A DNA stretch of 64,000 nucleotides from an uncultured bacterium (GTDB taxonomy: Bacteria > UBA8481): positions 45,217 through 109,216 of the forward strand of contig CAZCME010000013.1 of NCBI GenBank assembly GCA_964499705.1. Direction: 5' to 3'. This document shows, piece after piece, positions 1-8,163 of this stretch. Within the stretch, counting starts at the first letter, position 1. Every line of letters starts with the position of its first letter. The translations under genes and the position numbers were made by a program. The notes under the pieces are model-generated. The model was not told the origin of the DNA, made no database searches, and was given only the letters and a program-made list of their open reading frames with translations.

Positions 1-738
1 ACGATGTCGGCCCCTTCCTCGATATCCAGAGCGATCTCCTTCATGGCCTCGCGCGCGTTCCGGAAATCCATCTGGTAGGACTTCCGGTCGCCGAACTGCG
101 GAGGACTCTGCGCAGCGTCGCGGAACGGGCCGTAGAACGCGGAAGCGTATTTCGCGCTGTATCCCATGATGCCGGTGGTCGAATGGCCGGCGGAATCGAG
201 CCCGCGCCGGATCGCTCCGACGGTACCGTCCATCATGCCCGAGGGCGCGACGAAATCGGCGCCCGCTTTCGCATAGGCGACGGAGGCCTTGACGTAACCC
301 TCCACCGCGGCGTCGTTGTCGACCTCCTTCGACGCCGTGATCGGACCGCAATGTCCATGATCCGTGTACTCGCAGAGGCAGACATCGGCGAAGACGAACA
401 TCCCGGGCAGCTTCGTCTTCAAGGCGCGGATCGCCATCGGAACGATACCATCCTCCGCCCACCCGGCCGAACCGGACGCGTCCTTCCGGTCGGGAATACC
501 GAAGAGCATGACCGCCCGGAGGCCATACGAATAAAGTTCCTCCGCGTCCGCCAGGAAGGTATCGATGGAGAACTGTTGGATGCCCGGCATGGAGACGATC
601 GGCTGGCGAACGCCGCTGCCGAACCGGATGAAATAGGGATACACGAGGTGATCGGCCGTCAGGGACGATTCCGCGACCAGGTCCCGCAGCGCGGGCGTGG
701 TCCTCAGCCGCCGGGGGCGTTGTGTCAGATTCAGCATG
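1..738 (-). CDS. hemB: Porphobilinogen synthase (delta-aminolevulinic acid dehydratase), partial; 3' end beyond window start
   Basis: Minus-strand reading frame from ATG at 736-738 is open to coordinate 1 (not in the ORF track because no stop is inside the window). My translation: MLNLTQRPRRLRTTPALRDLVAES...VSMPGIQQFSIDTF...LFGIPDRKDASGSAGWAEDGIV...FADVCLCEYTDHGHCG..., the characteristic ALAD pattern. Confidence 0.85.
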
Positions 739-848
739 GGAGAAGGATACGGTCTGTCACCGGAGCGGACAAGGGACGTGTGAGGGAGTGAAGCAGGTGT
801 CACTTTCAACTTTTGTTCGGAGGCTCTCTCCTGTAAATTGGTTTTCTC

Positions 849-2198
849 ATGGAAACCACCTACCAGCAGATCAGGAAACGGGACGGCTCGATCGTGCCGT
901 TCACGCCCATCCGGATCACCAACGCGATCTACAGGGCGGCCATCGCCGTCGGTGGACGCGATCGAACAACCGCGGAAAGCCTGACCGGGAAAGTCGTCGC
1001 CTATCTCCGCAGCCGGCACGCGGACGATATCCCGGCCGTGGAGATGGTCCAGGATGCGATCGAGAAGGTTCTCATCGAGAACGGCCACGCGAAGACGTCG
1101 AAGGCGTTCATCCTCTATCGCGACGAGCGGACCCGCAAGCGGCAGGGACGGATCGGCGACATGGCCGGACCGAACCAGCAGGGCGAATGCATTCCGTGGA
1201 AGAAGATCTGGAACATCCTCAACTGGGCCGTCGATCACCGCGTCGCGACCGTCGGGCAGCTGAACGAGCGGATCCTGGACGGTTCCTTCTTCGATCTCGT
1301 CAAGGAAAGCGAGGAAGCGTATTCGCTCGACATCGCCCGCGCCGCCGACGCCATCCTGAAGCGGCGCCATGAAGTGCGCGTCGTCATCGTCGCCGGCCCT
1401 TCCTCCTCGGGCAAGACGACGACGACCATCAAGATCGCGGAACATCTCCGCAACGAGGGTTTCGAGTTCGTGCCGTTCCACGTCGACAATTACTTCTTCA
1501 ACCTGGAGGACCATCCCAAGGATGAGTTCGGTGACTACGACTACGAGACACCGCAGGCCCTCGACCTTCCGCTCATCAACGATCATCTGAAGCGATTACT
1601 CGCGGGCGAGGGAGTCGACGTGCCCTATTTCAACTTCATGTCCGGCAAGCGGGAGGGATCTCACGAGCATCTCAAGATCAACGATCAGCAGATTCTGCTC
1701 ATCGATTCCCTGCATGGCCTCTACGGAGCCATGACCGAGGGAATACCCGTGACGGCGAAGTTCCGGCTCTATATCGAGACGCTTCTGCAGATGCGCGGGA
1801 CCGACGGAACATTCATTCGATGGACGGATCTGCGGCTCATCCGCCGCATGGTCCGCGATTCCCGGTCGCGGAACATGACGCCGACGAAGACTCTGGAGCA
1901 CTGGCACTATGTGCGCCGGTCGGAACTGGAGCATATCTGTCCGTTCGTCACGACCGTCGATTACGTTGTGAACGGCGCCCTGCCGTACGAGCTCCCCATC
2001 TGGGCCGCGCGCATGAGGGATAACTTCCAGAAATGGGCGAAAGAATACGAGGGAAATCATCACAAGACCGACGCCTTCCGCCGCGCCACCCGCGTCGCCA
2101 ACATGCTCGAATCCATAACCCCCTGGACCGATGAAACGATCGTCCCGGAAAATGCCCTGATGCGCGAATTCATAGGCGGCTCGTCGTACAAATACTAG
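849..2198 (+). CDS. ATP-cone domain fused to uridine kinase/phosphoribulokinase-like P-loop kinase
   Basis: ORF 849..2198. N-terminus (QQIRKRDGSIVPF...ITNAIYRA...AFILYRDER) resembles an ATP-cone; central Walker A VVIVAGPSSSGKTTTT and downstream HVDNYFF / YDYETPQALDL resemble uridine kinase family proteins. Confidence 0.7.
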   Translation: METTYQQIRKRDGSIVPFTPIRITNAIYRAAIAVGGRDRTTAESLTGKVVAYLRSRHADDIPAVEMVQDAIEKVLIENGHAKTSKAFILYRDERTRKRQGRIGDMAGPNQQGECIPWKKIWNILNWAVDHRVATVGQLNERILDGSFFDLVKESEEAYSLDIARAADAILKRRHEVRVVIVAGPSSSGKTTTTIKIAEHLRNEGFEFVPFHVDNYFFNLEDHPKDEFGDYDYETPQALDLPLINDHLKRLLAGEGVDVPYFNFMSGKREGSHEHLKINDQQILLIDSLHGLYGAMTEGIPVTAKFRLYIETLLQMRGTDGTFIRWTDLRLIRRMVRDSRSRNMTPTKTLEHWHYVRRSELEHICPFVTTVDYVVNGALPYELPIWAARMRDNFQKWAKEYEGNHHKTDAFRRATRVANMLESITPWTDETIVPENALMREFIGGSSYKY

Positions 2199-2200
2199 GG

Positions 2201-2228
2201 GGGGACATTCTCCAACATTCCAACATTG
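2201..2228 (-). repeat. 28-bp REP-like repeat, copy 1 (reverse orientation of CAATGTTGGAATGTTGGAGAATGTCCCC)
   Basis: Exact GGGGACATTCTCCAACATTCCAACATTG immediately after the stop of the kinase-like gene; inverted partner lies 67 bp downstream. Confidence 0.8.
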
Positions 2229-2295
2229 GCAATATTGAAGTTCACAATCCTTCCATGGAACTTTCCTTCGCAAAAGCACGTAACTCCTTCTGACA

Positions 2296-2323
2296 CAATG
2301 TTGGAATGTTGGAGAATGTCCCC
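2296..2323 (+). repeat. 28-bp REP-like repeat, copy 2 (CAATGTTGGAATGTTGGAGAATGTCCCC)
   Basis: Exact reverse complement of copy 1; together they form an inverted doublet with a 67-bp spacer (2229..2295). Confidence 0.8.
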
Positions 2324-2433
2324 TGTCTCCACTTCGCGACAGTCTGTTCGGATTCCAACGACACTAAAACTTACATAAACCAAGTTTGACCCATTGAAAT
2401 TACACCATTTGCGCGAATCCCATCCATGGCACA

Positions 2434-2766
2434 ATGATTGCTCTTATGTCCTGCATGATGCTCAAACAGACCCTGGAGGGACATGACATGATTCTCAATC
2501 CACCGCTCGATTCCTTTTCGCACACGCACGCCTCGGACCATGCAGAACGCCAAAACCTGTATCGCGAGCTTCTGACCGTCACGTGCGGCATCGATCTGAT
2601 CGGCGTCATCCTCATCATCGCGGGGCTCGTGAAGTGGTCGTATTTTCCGAGCCCGCATCTTCTGGAGACGCTCTTTCTGGGAGCCTGCGTCTTCTTCTCG
2701 GCGGGGGTCGCGCTCTGGGCGCTGGGAAATCGAAATACGGAATTCGAAAAGCTCACAGAGGTTTGA
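2434..2766 (+). CDS. Hypothetical small membrane protein
   Basis: ORF 2434..2766 with a hydrophobic stretch (IDLIGVILIIAGLV...LGACVFFSAGVALWAL); no recognisable motif; start uncertain. Confidence 0.35.
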   Translation: MIALMSCMMLKQTLEGHDMILNPPLDSFSHTHASDHAERQNLYRELLTVTCGIDLIGVILIIAGLVKWSYFPSPHLLETLFLGACVFFSAGVALWALGNRNTEFEKLTEV

Positions 2767-2807
2767 ATCGCCGGGGGGCGGAGACGTTCTTCGCCTCCCG
2801 CGGTTCC

Positions 2808-3341
2808 TTAGCGCGGTACCATGATGAATGGCAGGTTGCGATAGCGTTCCTGCCAGTCTAGACCGTACCCCACGACGAACTTGTCCTCGATGACGAATCC
2901 CGTGTAGTCCACCTTGACGTCCGTCTTGCGGCGGCTCGGCTTGTCGAGAAGCGAGCAGATCCTGATGGATTCCGGATTTCGGACGGACAGGATCTGCTTC
3001 AGGTAAGACCATGTGAGGCCGGTATCGACCACGTCCTCGACCATGAGAAGATGCCTGTTCTCCAGCGGCACGACGATGTCCTTGATGATCCGGACAACGC
3101 CGGAGGATTTCGTGGAGATGCCATAGGACGAGACGGAAATGAAATCGATCTCGATGGGAAGATGAATTTCGCGGACGAGATCCGCGAGAAAAACCGAGGC
3201 GCCCCTCAAGATGCCGACGACGAGGAGATCCTTGCCGCGGTATTCCTGGGTGATCGTTTCTCCCAACCTCTTGACGGCACCCCTGATCTGATCCTCGGTG
3301 ATGAGGACTTCTCCGATGACGTCATCCGCCCAACTCACCAT
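2808..3341 (-). CDS. hpt: Hypoxanthine phosphoribosyltransferase
   Basis: ORF 2808..3500 trimmed to the internal Met at 3341 (MVSWADDVIGEVLITEDQI...). PRTase motif LLMVEDVVDTGLT and overall Hpt-like sequence; lies downstream of tilS as in many bacteria. Confidence 0.85.
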   Translation of the reverse strand: MVSWADDVIGEVLITEDQIRGAVKRLGETITQEYRGKDLLVVGILRGASVFLADLVREIHLPIEIDFISVSSYGISTKSSGVVRIIKDIVVPLENRHLLMVEDVVDTGLTWSYLKQILSVRNPESIRICSLLDKPSRRKTDVKVDYTGFVIEDKFVVGYGLDWQERYRNLPFIMVPR

Positions 3342-3423
3342 GTTTGTCGCCTCCAGGATTGAAGTATGGAGGATGAAGGGCGACGAAGACAATGCCTCTT
3401 TTCTTCCTTCCAACGTGACTTCA

Positions 3424-4866
3424 TCACGCCGCGTCCGGACTCTCCGACTCGACCGGAGCCCGCTCCACATCGATACGCAACACCCGCGTCGTCGTCTCAT
3501 GGATCCGGGTCCGCTCGTCCTGCTTCAGGCCGATGACCCAGAGGATTCCTTCCTCGTCGCACAGGATCGGCCAGCGGTCCCGTTCAAGGAGCGAAATCTT
3601 CTCGTCGATGAAGATATCGTGCAGCTTCTTGGATCCCTGCATGCCGAAGGGCCGGATGCGATCGCCCTCGCGGCGCGTCCGGACGACCAGTCCGCCGCGA
3701 ATCGCGGAGCGATCGAAGAAAGCCGAGTCGCGGAGCACGCCCTCGGAAACGACGCGGAGCGAGCGGGGGCGGAATTCCTTCACGCCCGGGCTGTGCGACG
3801 CAAGTGAACACGTCACACTCAGAGAAAGCGGCGCGATCCGCGTGAGACCGTTCTCCTCCACGGGGAATACACCTTTCACGAGCGGCGAGACCTCAGGTGG
3901 ATGACCGATGACGAACGTCCTGCGGAAACGGCCTTCGACGTAGGCGAATAATTCGCCGGCCACGCTGACGCGTTTTTCATCGGCAACGACCCCGGCGAGA
4001 AGTTCAAGGAGCTCATATCCCGGAGCGACGCCGAACTTGACGAGGACGAGCTGGAAGACCCTGGCCCGAAGCGCGGGATGCAATTGCCGCAGGGATTCCA
4101 GTTCCCGCTCCAGTCGGCCGCCCGCCTCCCGCCACTTCCCCAGCTCCTCCGCCGCATGCGCCTCCAGGTAATCGTCCTCCCCGCGGATGATCTCCGCGGT
4201 CCGGCAAAGCCCGTCGATCAACTGGGGATTGCCGTGCTCCATCAGGAACGGCAGCACCTGGTGGCGGATCCTGTTCCGGGCGAAGACGATTTCCGCGTTG
4301 GTCGGATCGTCTCGGTGCGACACGCCCTGCGCTTCCGCGTAGCGGATGATCTCCGCGCGGCGCACCGAGAGGAGCGGCCGGAGAATAAGGAGCCCTCCGG
4401 AATTCCGGACGGGCGGAATGCCGGCCAGGCCGCGGATTCCCGTTCCCCGCAGGAGGCGGAAGAGCACGGTCTCCGCCTGGTCATCGGCATGATGCGCGGT
4501 CACGACCGCATCGAGGGCAAGCTTCCGAGCGGCGCGCTCCAGAAAGGCATATCGCGCCTTCCGCGCCCATTCCTCCACGGATCCTTCCCGCGACTCGAGC
4601 GTTCTCTTCTCGGAATGAACTTCCAGGCCGCATTCCCGCGCCGCCTTCTCGACGAATTTCCTGTCTTCGTCGGATCCGGGCCGCAGGTCATGGTCGAAAT
4701 GGAGCACAACGGGGATGAACAAGGATCGGGAGGCGAGGCGCCGGACGACATGCAGGAGCGTCATCGAGTCGATGCCGCCGGAGACCGCCACGCCCAGGCG
4801 CGCCGGCTTTCCATCGGGCAGATGCTCCGCCAGAAACGCCTCCACGATCTCGACCATGCCCTTCAT
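3424..4866 (-). CDS. tilS: tRNA(Ile)-lysidine synthetase
   Basis: ORF 3424..4866; N-terminal PP-loop motif VAVSGGIDSM and HHADDQAETVLFRLLRG region typical of TilS. Confidence 0.85.
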   Translation of the reverse strand: MKGMVEIVEAFLAEHLPDGKPARLGVAVSGGIDSMTLLHVVRRLASRSLFIPVVLHFDHDLRPGSDEDRKFVEKAARECGLEVHSEKRTLESREGSVEEWARKARYAFLERAARKLALDAVVTAHHADDQAETVLFRLLRGTGIRGLAGIPPVRNSGGLLILRPLLSVRRAEIIRYAEAQGVSHRDDPTNAEIVFARNRIRHQVLPFLMEHGNPQLIDGLCRTAEIIRGEDDYLEAHAAEELGKWREAGGRLERELESLRQLHPALRARVFQLVLVKFGVAPGYELLELLAGVVADEKRVSVAGELFAYVEGRFRRTFVIGHPPEVSPLVKGVFPVEENGLTRIAPLSLSVTCSLASHSPGVKEFRPRSLRVVSEGVLRDSAFFDRSAIRGGLVVRTRREGDRIRPFGMQGSKKLHDIFIDEKISLLERDRWPILCDEEGILWVIGLKQDERTRIHETTTRVLRIDVERAPVESESPDAA

Positions 4867-4943
4867 CCCTGATGATCATATCACGTTCTTTATCGCTCCA
4901 AGTCAACATGGCGCGAGCGCGGAGAATCCCTATAATCGACCCG

Positions 4944-6185
4944 ATGAGACATCCCCTCGGCAATCTTCTCCTGACCCTCTTCTGTTTCACGCCGATGGTT
5001 CCCGCGCACGCGGCCGACACGGTCACCATCTCGCTCTGGCATTCCTTTCGCGGGCAGGAAGCGATGGCCCTGGAGACCGTCGTCGCCACCTTCAACGAGC
5101 AGCATGCCGACAGGCTTGTGACACGGCAGATCGACGGGCATCGCTTCAACGACATCGTCGAGGAGGCATTCCAGAAGAACGGCGGTCCCGACATCGTGGT
5201 CTGGGCGCACGACAAGGTCGGGCCGTGGGCGAACCGCGGCTTCATCCTGCCCCTCGACGATCTCGTCGACACCGATACGCTCGATCTCTACATCCCGAAC
5301 TGCCTCGATGCCGTCCGAAGTTCCGGACGGCTGTACGGCCTGCCCCTCTCCTTTGAAACGCTCATCCTCTATTACAACCGCAACCTTGTCTCCCGTCCTC
5401 CCGCAACCACCGATGAACTGATCGAGATCGCCCGCGGGATTTCCAATCCGGCGGAAAAACGGTACGGCCTTGTTTACGAACGCGGCAATTTCTACTTCCA
5501 CGCGATCTGGCTGCACGGCTTCGGAGGCCGCGTCTTCGACGAAGCGGGCCGGTTCGACGTCCGATCGCCCGCGATGATCCGCTCCCTGGAATTCGCGCGC
5601 GACCTGTCCGCGACGCACCGGATCATCCCGGACACCGTCGACTGGAATGTCGAGATCGACCTCTTCAATGCCGGTCGCGCCGGCATGCTCATCAGCGGCC
5701 CCTGGGCCTGGGGCAGTCTCGACTGGGACAGCGTTCCAGTCGGCATCGCGGCAATGCCCGTCGTCTCCGCGACGAACCGGTTCGCCGCGCCGTTTCTCGG
5801 AGTCAAAGGCTTCTACATCAATGCCAGGTCCGCGCATCCCCGATCCAGCCTGGCCGCGATGACGCACCTCACGTCCGCCTTCAGCGGATGCCTCATGAAC
5901 GTGATGGCCGGCTATCTCCCCGCGAACCGGTTCGCGTATGAATTCAACGCGCTCGCGGAGCATCCCATCACGGCGAAGTGCGAGGAGCAGGTCGATTCGA
6001 CGGTGCTGATGCCGTCGAGCCGGGAGATGGGGTATGTGTGGCAGGTGATGATCCACGACAATGCCACGAACCACCCGGGATGTCTTGACAGGATTTTCCT
6101 GGAAGGAGTATCCGCGGAAGACGCGGCGCAGGAAGCATGGAATCGCTACCAGGCGCTGGCGGAAGCCGATCAGCGCGGAAAGTGA
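4944..6185 (+). CDS. ABC transporter substrate-binding protein (family 1 solute-binding, sugar type), orphan
   Basis: ORF 4872..6185; start placed at Met 4944 giving a signal peptide MRHPLGNLLLTLFCFTPMVPAHAAD; mature part resembles MalE-type binding proteins. No permease or ATPase genes adjacent. Confidence 0.65.
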   Translation: MRHPLGNLLLTLFCFTPMVPAHAADTVTISLWHSFRGQEAMALETVVATFNEQHADRLVTRQIDGHRFNDIVEEAFQKNGGPDIVVWAHDKVGPWANRGFILPLDDLVDTDTLDLYIPNCLDAVRSSGRLYGLPLSFETLILYYNRNLVSRPPATTDELIEIARGISNPAEKRYGLVYERGNFYFHAIWLHGFGGRVFDEAGRFDVRSPAMIRSLEFARDLSATHRIIPDTVDWNVEIDLFNAGRAGMLISGPWAWGSLDWDSVPVGIAAMPVVSATNRFAAPFLGVKGFYINARSAHPRSSLAAMTHLTSAFSGCLMNVMAGYLPANRFAYEFNALAEHPITAKCEEQVDSTVLMPSSREMGYVWQVMIHDNATNHPGCLDRIFLEGVSAEDAAQEAWNRYQALAEADQRGK

Positions 6186-6366
6186 GCGCATTCGGGCGGG
6201 CGGAAAAAGAAAAACCCCCGGAAGCGAGCGTCGCTCCGAGGGTTTCCTTGTCCCGGAATCCTTGACCCTTTTCAGGGGGCGTTCCGATTCCGAGCTTTAA
6301 ACCTCTGTTCGATTTCAGCGACCTGCTTTACCTTTTAGAAGGGCGGCCGCAACCTGTCCGAACGCG

Positions 6367-6585
6367 TCAGGCTCCCTGCTGGACCGCGAACGCCTCCAGG
6401 AGATCGGTCTTCCTGAAGCGGCGATGTCCCATGCGGGAGAAACGGTAGCACTTCAGCCTGTTCGATGAAGTCATGCGCCGGATCGTCGCCTGGGAGACAC
6501 CAAGAAATTTGGCGGCCTCGTCAATGCCGATGAATCCGTCGCGACCGTCGCTGATCCTGGGGGAAACCTCTTGAACCTGTTCCAT
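6367..6585 (-). CDS. Helix-turn-helix DNA-binding protein (excisionase/MerR-like HTH)
   Basis: 72-aa ORF with AAKFLGVSQATIRRMTSSNRLKCYRFSRMGHRRFRKTDL, an excisionase-type HTH pattern. Confidence 0.6.
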   Translation of the reverse strand: MEQVQEVSPRISDGRDGFIGIDEAAKFLGVSQATIRRMTSSNRLKCYRFSRMGHRRFRKTDLLEAFAVQQGA

Positions 6586-6753
6586 CTTCCTTCTCCTTTA
6601 GCGTATGATCTATATCGATCCCGATTTCGCCGGAAGCGAAGGCGGGACGGAGTATTTCGAGCCGATGCTCTTGAGCGCCGGAGGACTCTTTCGAGCCCTT
6701 TCCAACCGCTCCATCAAAGTAATCGGTTGGCTATAGCCAGACTTTAATATTTA

Positions 6754-6963
6754 TTGTTAGATTTTTTACCGGGAGGCTATTTTTACAGGCATATGGAACA
6801 ACATGGTGAGAATCGGATGAGCGAAGATGAGAAAACCATCCTCAAGTTCGACTCCGGAGCGGGAGGATTCGAGTACATGATCATCATCCTCGTCGTTCTC
6901 GCCGTTTTCATGCTCCTGGCGGGCGGTTACTTCCTCTGGACGTGGCAGCCGCCGGGCACCTGA
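6754..6963 (+). CDS. Hypothetical small membrane protein
   Basis: ORF 6754..6963 with a single hydrophobic helix (MIIILVVLAVFMLLAGGYFLW); weak support. Confidence 0.3.
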   Translation: MLDFLPGGYFYRHMEQHGENRMSEDEKTILKFDSGAGGFEYMIIILVVLAVFMLLAGGYFLWTWQPPGT

Positions 6964-7359
6964 TCATTCATCGTACGAAACCGCGGTGTGATGGCTGTAT
7001 TCGCCTATATGCGGCGGAAGCGACCAGCCCCGGCATCGCGCGTGACAACGATAGCAGACGGCAAGCTGGGGGACACGGCGGTAGAGCAACCAGTCGATGA
7101 GAGCCGCGACGGGAAGAGAGAGGCCGTATGTGGACGGCACGAGACCGATCGCAACGAGCATGATGGCGCATCCCAAGGCGGTGTTGAAATCGCGCTGGAG
7201 GTAGAAGTGCGGGCAATCGCAGAGCGGGCAATGTTCGAATGAGAATTCCGCATCGGGCAGGCTGAATGTTTTTCCGCACGCGGAACATTTCAAATTGCCG
7301 TCCGTGACGCAGATCGATGCCTTGCAGCCCGGACAATGACCGTCGATCGAACGGCTCAA
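6964..7359 (-). CDS. Zinc-ribbon membrane protein, hypothetical
   Basis: ORF with CPGC...CSAC and CPLCDC...CYRCHARC cysteine pairs flanking a hydrophobic segment; overlaps the stop of the upstream membrane protein gene by 4 nt (7356..7359). Confidence 0.5.
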   Translation of the reverse strand: MSRSIDGHCPGCKASICVTDGNLKCSACGKTFSLPDAEFSFEHCPLCDCPHFYLQRDFNTALGCAIMLVAIGLVPSTYGLSLPVAALIDWLLYRRVPQLAVCYRCHARCRGWSLPPHIGEYSHHTAVSYDE

Positions 7360-8129
7360 AGCGCGAGCCCATACCGGATGAGATAGTACTTGTAGGCCAG
7401 CTCACCCATCAGCATCGAAATGAGAACGACGTACAGAAGACCCGTCGCGGACTGCGTTGATTCGATCTTCACGGTGCCGAGGACGAAGAAGCCGACGATG
7501 AGCGGGAAGACCGTGCCGAAGATGAGCGCAATCCAGAGCAGGAATCCTTCGTAGGTCTGGAGATATTCCGACATCGGGATGAGCATGTCGCCCTCGAACA
7601 CGACCGGCCTGAACGCAAAGGCGTAAGCGTCCCAGATGAGACGCAGAACGAGGAGCGCGACGAGAACTCTCGCTGCATTTCGGAGAGGCCGGATCGAGAG
7701 CTTCTGGACGCTCAGATACCAGTGCCCGAGAACGACGGCATAAATGGAAGCGCAGAGAAGGAGCCCGCCGAGAACGGATGCCAGGAAGGATCCCGCATCC
7801 ATGGGTCTCACGTGACGTTGAAACGCCACGAGAACAAGAAGTCCCGCCGTCGCCGGAACAATAAAGAGAGAATCGCGGATGATCTCCCTCTTCCACGAAA
7901 CAGCCGTCACGGCCAGTGCAAGGACCATCCAAATGCCGATGAGAATCTTTGTTTCCTCCGGAATGCCCTGGAACCAGAGAATGAGGAGGACCACTCCCGC
8001 CGGAACATAGGCCATGCCGATGTTGAACCGGTAGAAGTCGGGATCGACAACATCCTTCGTGTGGCAGAAGAAGAAGAGCGGGTAGAGCGCTCCGATCAGG
8101 ATGAAGTCGAGATAGAGAATGGAGGACAT
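7356..8129 (-). CDS. Polytopic membrane protein, hypothetical (last gene of the bc-complex operon)
   Basis: 257-aa ORF with multiple hydrophobic helices, directly downstream of the multihaem cytochrome c gene on the same strand. Confidence 0.55.
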   Translation of the reverse strand: MSSILYLDFILIGALYPLFFFCHTKDVVDPDFYRFNIGMAYVPAGVVLLILWFQGIPEETKILIGIWMVLALAVTAVSWKREIIRDSLFIVPATAGLLVLVAFQRHVRPMDAGSFLASVLGGLLLCASIYAVVLGHWYLSVQKLSIRPLRNAARVLVALLVLRLIWDAYAFAFRPVVFEGDMLIPMSEYLQTYEGFLLWIALIFGTVFPLIVGFFVLGTVKIESTQSATGLLYVVLISMLMGELAYKYYLIRYGLAL

Positions 8130-8163
8130 AGGAGAAGTATGAAGTATGAAATACTTCGTACTT

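Noticed and set aside
183-1372. Plus-strand ORFs 183..791 and 722..1372 (Arg/Gly-rich)
   Set aside because: They overlap the clearly HemB-like minus-strand frame and the ATP-cone gene start; composition is typical of out-of-frame translation in GC-rich DNA.
1596-3012. Minus-strand ORFs 1596..2279, 2195..2434, 2371..3012
   Set aside because: Antisense to the kinase-like gene or translated through the 28-bp repeat doublet (peptides such as NVGMLENVPP are just repeat translations).
4078-6191. ORFs 4078..4872 (+), 4688..5272 (-), 4715..5356 (+), 4890..6191 (-)
   Set aside because: Shadow frames over tilS and the substrate-binding protein gene; Arg/Pro-rich, no motifs, and incompatible with the well-supported genes.
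6186-6300. Intrinsic terminator after the substrate-binding protein gene
   Set aside because: Only a short GAGCG/CGCTC inverted repeat with essentially no loop and no U-tract; too weak to call.
6367-6585. Excisionase-type HTH gene as marker of a prophage or integrative element
   Set aside because: No integrase, phage structural genes or attachment-site duplication nearby; a lone small HTH protein is insufficient.
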